Part shown: positions 60,765 to 64,000 of the stretch, in pieces
How positions within the stretch are numbered: the stretch's first letter is position 1
Layout: every line of letters starts with the position of its first letter
DNA from: Podarcis filfolensis
Lineage: Eukaryota
Strand: one strand, 5' to 3'
Assembly (NCBI GenBank): GCA_964270895.1
Contig: OZ185435.1
Length of the DNA stretch: 64,000 nt
The notes under the pieces: model-generated
What the model saw: only the letters and a program-made list of their open reading frames with translations
What the model was told of the DNA's origin: nothing
The model's database searches: none
Translations under genes and position numbers: made by a program

Positions 60765-61139
60765 AAACCAGCATTTCCCCCCCCCCCAACAAGCCTGTGC
60801 TCAGTTAACCTGGGAGTAAAGAAGACCCCTTGAACTTTGGGTTCACATGCAATGGGATCCCGCCGTTGCACGAGAGAGGTTATTCCTTGTAAAATAATAA
60901 TAATTTTTTTTAAAAAAAAAAATTGTTATTTGCTATTTGTGGTGACTGTTGCTGTTACAGGTCTGGCCCGCTCCCCTCTGCCGCCCACCGGTTTCCTCCA
61001 GGGATGCCCTCGCACTTCCATCCCCATCATACCCGACCCCCATTTCCCGCTCAGGTGAAGCCGCCGAGGAGCAGCCATGGCAACAAACAACCGCCGCCTG
61101 TTGCCATGGTAACAGACCGCTTACAACCGCCCCGCATAC

Positions 61140-61211
61140 CCGTCGAATCTCTTCCTTCGGGAGCACCGTTTCGGCCCCGCCCGCGGCTCCCTGGGGTTCC
61201 GACACTGTCAT
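61140..61211 (-). CDS. FAM161B: FAM161B exon 1 (MTVSEPQGAAGGAETVLPKEEIRR)
   Basis: ATG at 61211, donor GTATGC at 61139; resembles recalled human MTVGRPEGAPGGAE. Confidence 0.8.
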
Positions 61212-61486
61212 CGCCCCCTCGCACCTGCTGCACCGCCCGCAGCGCTCCGCAGCTACCAGCTCGCCGTGCCCGCTTGTAGCTCTAGCCAATAGGCACCCTC
61301 CTTTTTTGTGTCGCTCCTCGCACATTGGCCAATGACCGCGGTCTGTTTTCCGTAGCTCCCGCCCAACCCGGTAGAATTCTCGGCTCTCATTGGTCCGGTT
61401 CTGTTGGCCGCTCTCGGTTGCCAAGGTGCTGCTGAGGTTAATGCAAGGTGCGCGAGAGTGACGTGAGCGTCACTTCCCCCCACAAA
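61212..61486. promoter_or_regulatory. Bidirectional FAM161B/COQ6 promoter in a CpG island
   Basis: 275 bp between divergent ATGs; CCAAT boxes at 61286-61290, 61324-61333 (ATTGGCCAAT) and 61389-61393; TGACGT at 61459; YY1-type AAAATGGCGGC at 61484-61494. Confidence 0.8.
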
Positions 61487-61664
61487 ATGGCGGCCGTGGT
61501 GGGTCTGTCACCGTGCCGGGGCGTTGCGCCCCTTTTCGGGAAGGGCCTCTGTCTCCGGAGCGGCCTTGCCCGTTCCCTCGTGAGACCCAGTGGCTCGACG
61601 GCGGTATACGACGTGGTGGTATCGGGTGGCGGCATGGTCGGGACCGCCATGGCTGCTGCACTGG
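61487..61664 (+). CDS. COQ6: COQ6 exon 1 (mitochondrial presequence + YDVVVSGGGMVG FAD-binding motif)
   Basis: ATG at 61487, Arg/Ser/Leu-rich N-terminus, GxGxxG motif, donor GTAGG at 61665. Confidence 0.94.
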
Positions 61665-62614
61665 GTAGGAGGCAGATCACCAGGCTAGAGACCCTCCTTG
61701 CACAGGTCATATTCGTAATTTTAATCCCTGCAAGTTCCTCTCCTCGGGCTCGTTGGTGGTATATAGGGAACCATTGGCCCTCCCGACGTAATTTAGGCAA
61801 TAAACGCGTTGTGGGCTACAGTGTTTACAGCTGTGCTGATGTATATACATTGTTATTGTTTTCTTCAAATACAGCATTTAAGCGGCGAATCTTCGGATAT
61901 GGACAGAAATCTCATGTCGGACGTGTTGAGGAGTTTCATACCAATCATGTATTTCGCCAACATTCAGTGCATGCCAGTGGCAGCACCTGAATAGATTGGA
62001 GGAACAGCTCTCTAAAGGGCTTTAACTGTAACAATATTCCAAGGTTATTGGTGCATGGAATATTCTGGCTGCGTCCAAATATTGAAGAATGCATTAACTT
62101 GTATTCTTCTGATCAGGTGGAGTTTGTTGTTAACAGTGTTAGCTTATTCAGTAAAAACAACAAGGAGTTTTGTGGCACTCTGAAAACTAACACTTTGATT
62201 GAAAGAACTAGTGTCCATTTCATCAGAGTCCATTTCAAGTGCTGCCCTGAGTTGTTTTTGTGAATATTTATTCACATGTACACTGACATATTTCTGCATT
62301 TAATTTTATTTTGACTTCACTGCTTACAACCCCCTCCCCCCTCTGCTGCAACCATGTGTTTAGATATCAGAAACTCGGGATAACACATCATGTATTGGAT
62401 GAAATGGACTGTAGTCCACAGTTTATTTAGGCTCTAAAGAGAAAAGCTAGAACTGTTAGCTTTCACTTTTTGGAGTTAAAGAGTGCTAAACAATTCTGCA
62501 TGTTCAGGGGAAGATGTAAAATAGATCTCTTGTAAACTCCTGTTGCAGAACGTTAAATTATTGATTAATCATGGTTAAAATGTTATTAAACATCTGGCTT
62601 TTTCTTTTAATAAG

Positions 62615-62749
62615 GGCATGATGTTCATCTGTCTGATAAGAAAATTCTGCTACTTGAAGCCCGTCCAAAGAAAGTGTCTAACCAGTTGCCCAAGACTTAC
62701 AGTAATAGAGTCAGTGCTATCACCCCTGGTTCAGCCACACTTCTCAGTA
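62615..62749 (+). CDS. COQ6: COQ6 exon 2 ([15 protein letters not shown]...[17 protein letters not shown])
   Basis: AG at 62613-62614, GTAAGT at 62750; 135 nt. Confidence 0.95.
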
Positions 62750-63129
62750 GTAAGTATAGCATTTGCCCGTTATCTGGTTGCCAGCTATGCATGCATGGGG
62801 TTTTGATGTTGGAATATGAAATTACAGGTGTGAGTCTATAAAAGCTTGTGTGCCGCATAGGATACTGGCTTGGGATAGATGGTGAGAATAAACCCCATAC
62901 ATGGTAGAACTGGCTTGAGTCACCTAGAGTAGAATGCACCTATAATGGTCACTTGTTGAAATTAATTTTCAGGTTCACACGTGAGCTCTTTGTTTGGAGG
63001 TCAAAAATAGTTACCAGCCTGTCATATTTCTGGCCTCAGTAATCCTCTAGTGTTGTAGCTAGCATCTAATAAAATAGTCTGGTGAAATTCTGGAGTTTCT
63101 TACTACAATATGTAGTGATAGCTGCTTTA

Positions 63130-63370
63130 AAAGGGCAGCTTAAAAGCTGGGCAACTCTAAAAGGGAATTAGACAAATTCGTGGAAGTTAAGGCTATCAAG
63201 ATCAAGATCTTAGTCATGTATTCCCATCAATATCAGGCTATACGAGTCTGAATACCAGTTGCTGAAAAAACATAAACAAGAGGGTACTATTATGCACATG
63301 TCCTTGTGGCAACTTTATGAACAAAATTCTGGACAAAATGAGCATTTGGTCTGATTCAGCAGGATTTTCT
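63130..63370 (+). mobile_element. CR1-like 3' end remnant
   Basis: AAAAGGGAATTAGACAAATTC.TGGA...GGCTATC and a GGTCTGATTCAGCAGG tail resemble squamate CR1 3' ends. Confidence 0.5.
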
Positions 63371-63910
63371 TTGCGTTATGATTTCCTAGTTAGTTGCTTA
63401 TTGGGACGTGTCCAGATTACGTCACTGTTTCTGTTCATAATTGCTTGGCTCTGTGCATTGGGGGTATTTTCTTAGAAATTGTCGAGTATAATTAAATGGT
63501 GCACCATTCCTTTAGTCAGCTTCTGACAAACATCTTAGAACTTTCCTCTTCATAACTGCAAATCTGCTCATCTGTGAAACGACAGGTGCTTTTTCTTATT
63601 TATCTCCCTAAAATAGTTTATACAGACAGCTAAGCATTTGGAGGAATGCAGGTTACTCATTGCTACTCCAAGGTTTGCCCTGAACAGTGTCCTTGCTTTC
63701 ACCATCCTTGGGGACTTCACTGCTTTTGTTTCTTACAACCCTCCACATCCCAACTAGACAGTTGGGCCACAGTCAAACCACAAGCAAATAAGGGGGAGTA
63801 GAAGGAAACCAGATGGAAATAGTGAGGGAATTTGAATTGGTCCTGAGGGTTCCCCATTAAAAGTTTGCAGAGTGTCAGAACAATCCTTTAACATTCTCTT
63901 TCTTTTCTAG

Positions 63911-63969
63911 GTTTTGGTGCTTGGGATCATATTTGCAGTATGAGAATCAAGCCATTTCGGCGGATGCAG
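63911..63969 (+). CDS. COQ6: COQ6 exon 3 (FGAWDHICSMRIKPFRRMQ); gene continues beyond the window
   Basis: AG at 63909-63910, GT at 63970; GAWDHI motif. Confidence 0.93.
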
Positions 63970-64000
63970 GTGCCTGGTACTGCAATATATATATACTGTG

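Noticed and set aside
61212-61424. Upstream extension of the FAM161B frame (ORF 60933..61424)
   Set aside because: Runs through the CCAAT boxes of the promoter, starts at TTG, and is probably upstream of the TSS.
1-64000. CRISPR arrays, operons, rRNA or snoRNA genes
   Set aside because: Eukaryotic intron-rich DNA; no regularly spaced repeat-spacer array, no rRNA similarity, and no convincing C/D or H/ACA box pair with terminal stem on a host sense strand.

Overview
Vertebrate genomic DNA, most likely from a lacertid lizard. This is inferred from Sauria SINE and Squam3-type SINE copies and from L2/CR1/L1/Penelope remnants. Five spliced protein-coding genes were reconstructed by hand from GT-AG sites and reading-frame continuity. 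They are the last 11 coding exons of MIA2/cTAGE5 (+, 133-12913), complete FBXO33 (-, 4 coding exons, 32952-18210, 537 aa), complete ZNF410 (+, 10 coding exons, 40709-49698, 466 aa), complete FAM161B (-, 9 coding exons, 61211-50835, 686 aa) and the first 3 exons of COQ6 (+, from 61487). FAM161B and COQ6 share a ~275-bp bidirectional promoter, and FBXO33 and ZNF410 are divergent. Introns carry SINEs, hAT and Tc1/mariner MITEs with visible TSDs, and LINE fragments. Gene identities rest on my recall of the human orthologues, not on a database search. The most notable observations are: a complete minimal hammerhead-ribozyme motif in a Penelope-type palindrome on the MIA2 sense strand; a candidate unannotated in-frame exon in the last MIA2 intron; an apparent 1-nt frameshift changing the ZNF410 C-terminus; a 49-bp-stem intronic hairpin; and antisense overlap of the ZNF410 3' UTR with the last FAM161B coding exon. 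I found no evidence of a wholly new multi-gene system.
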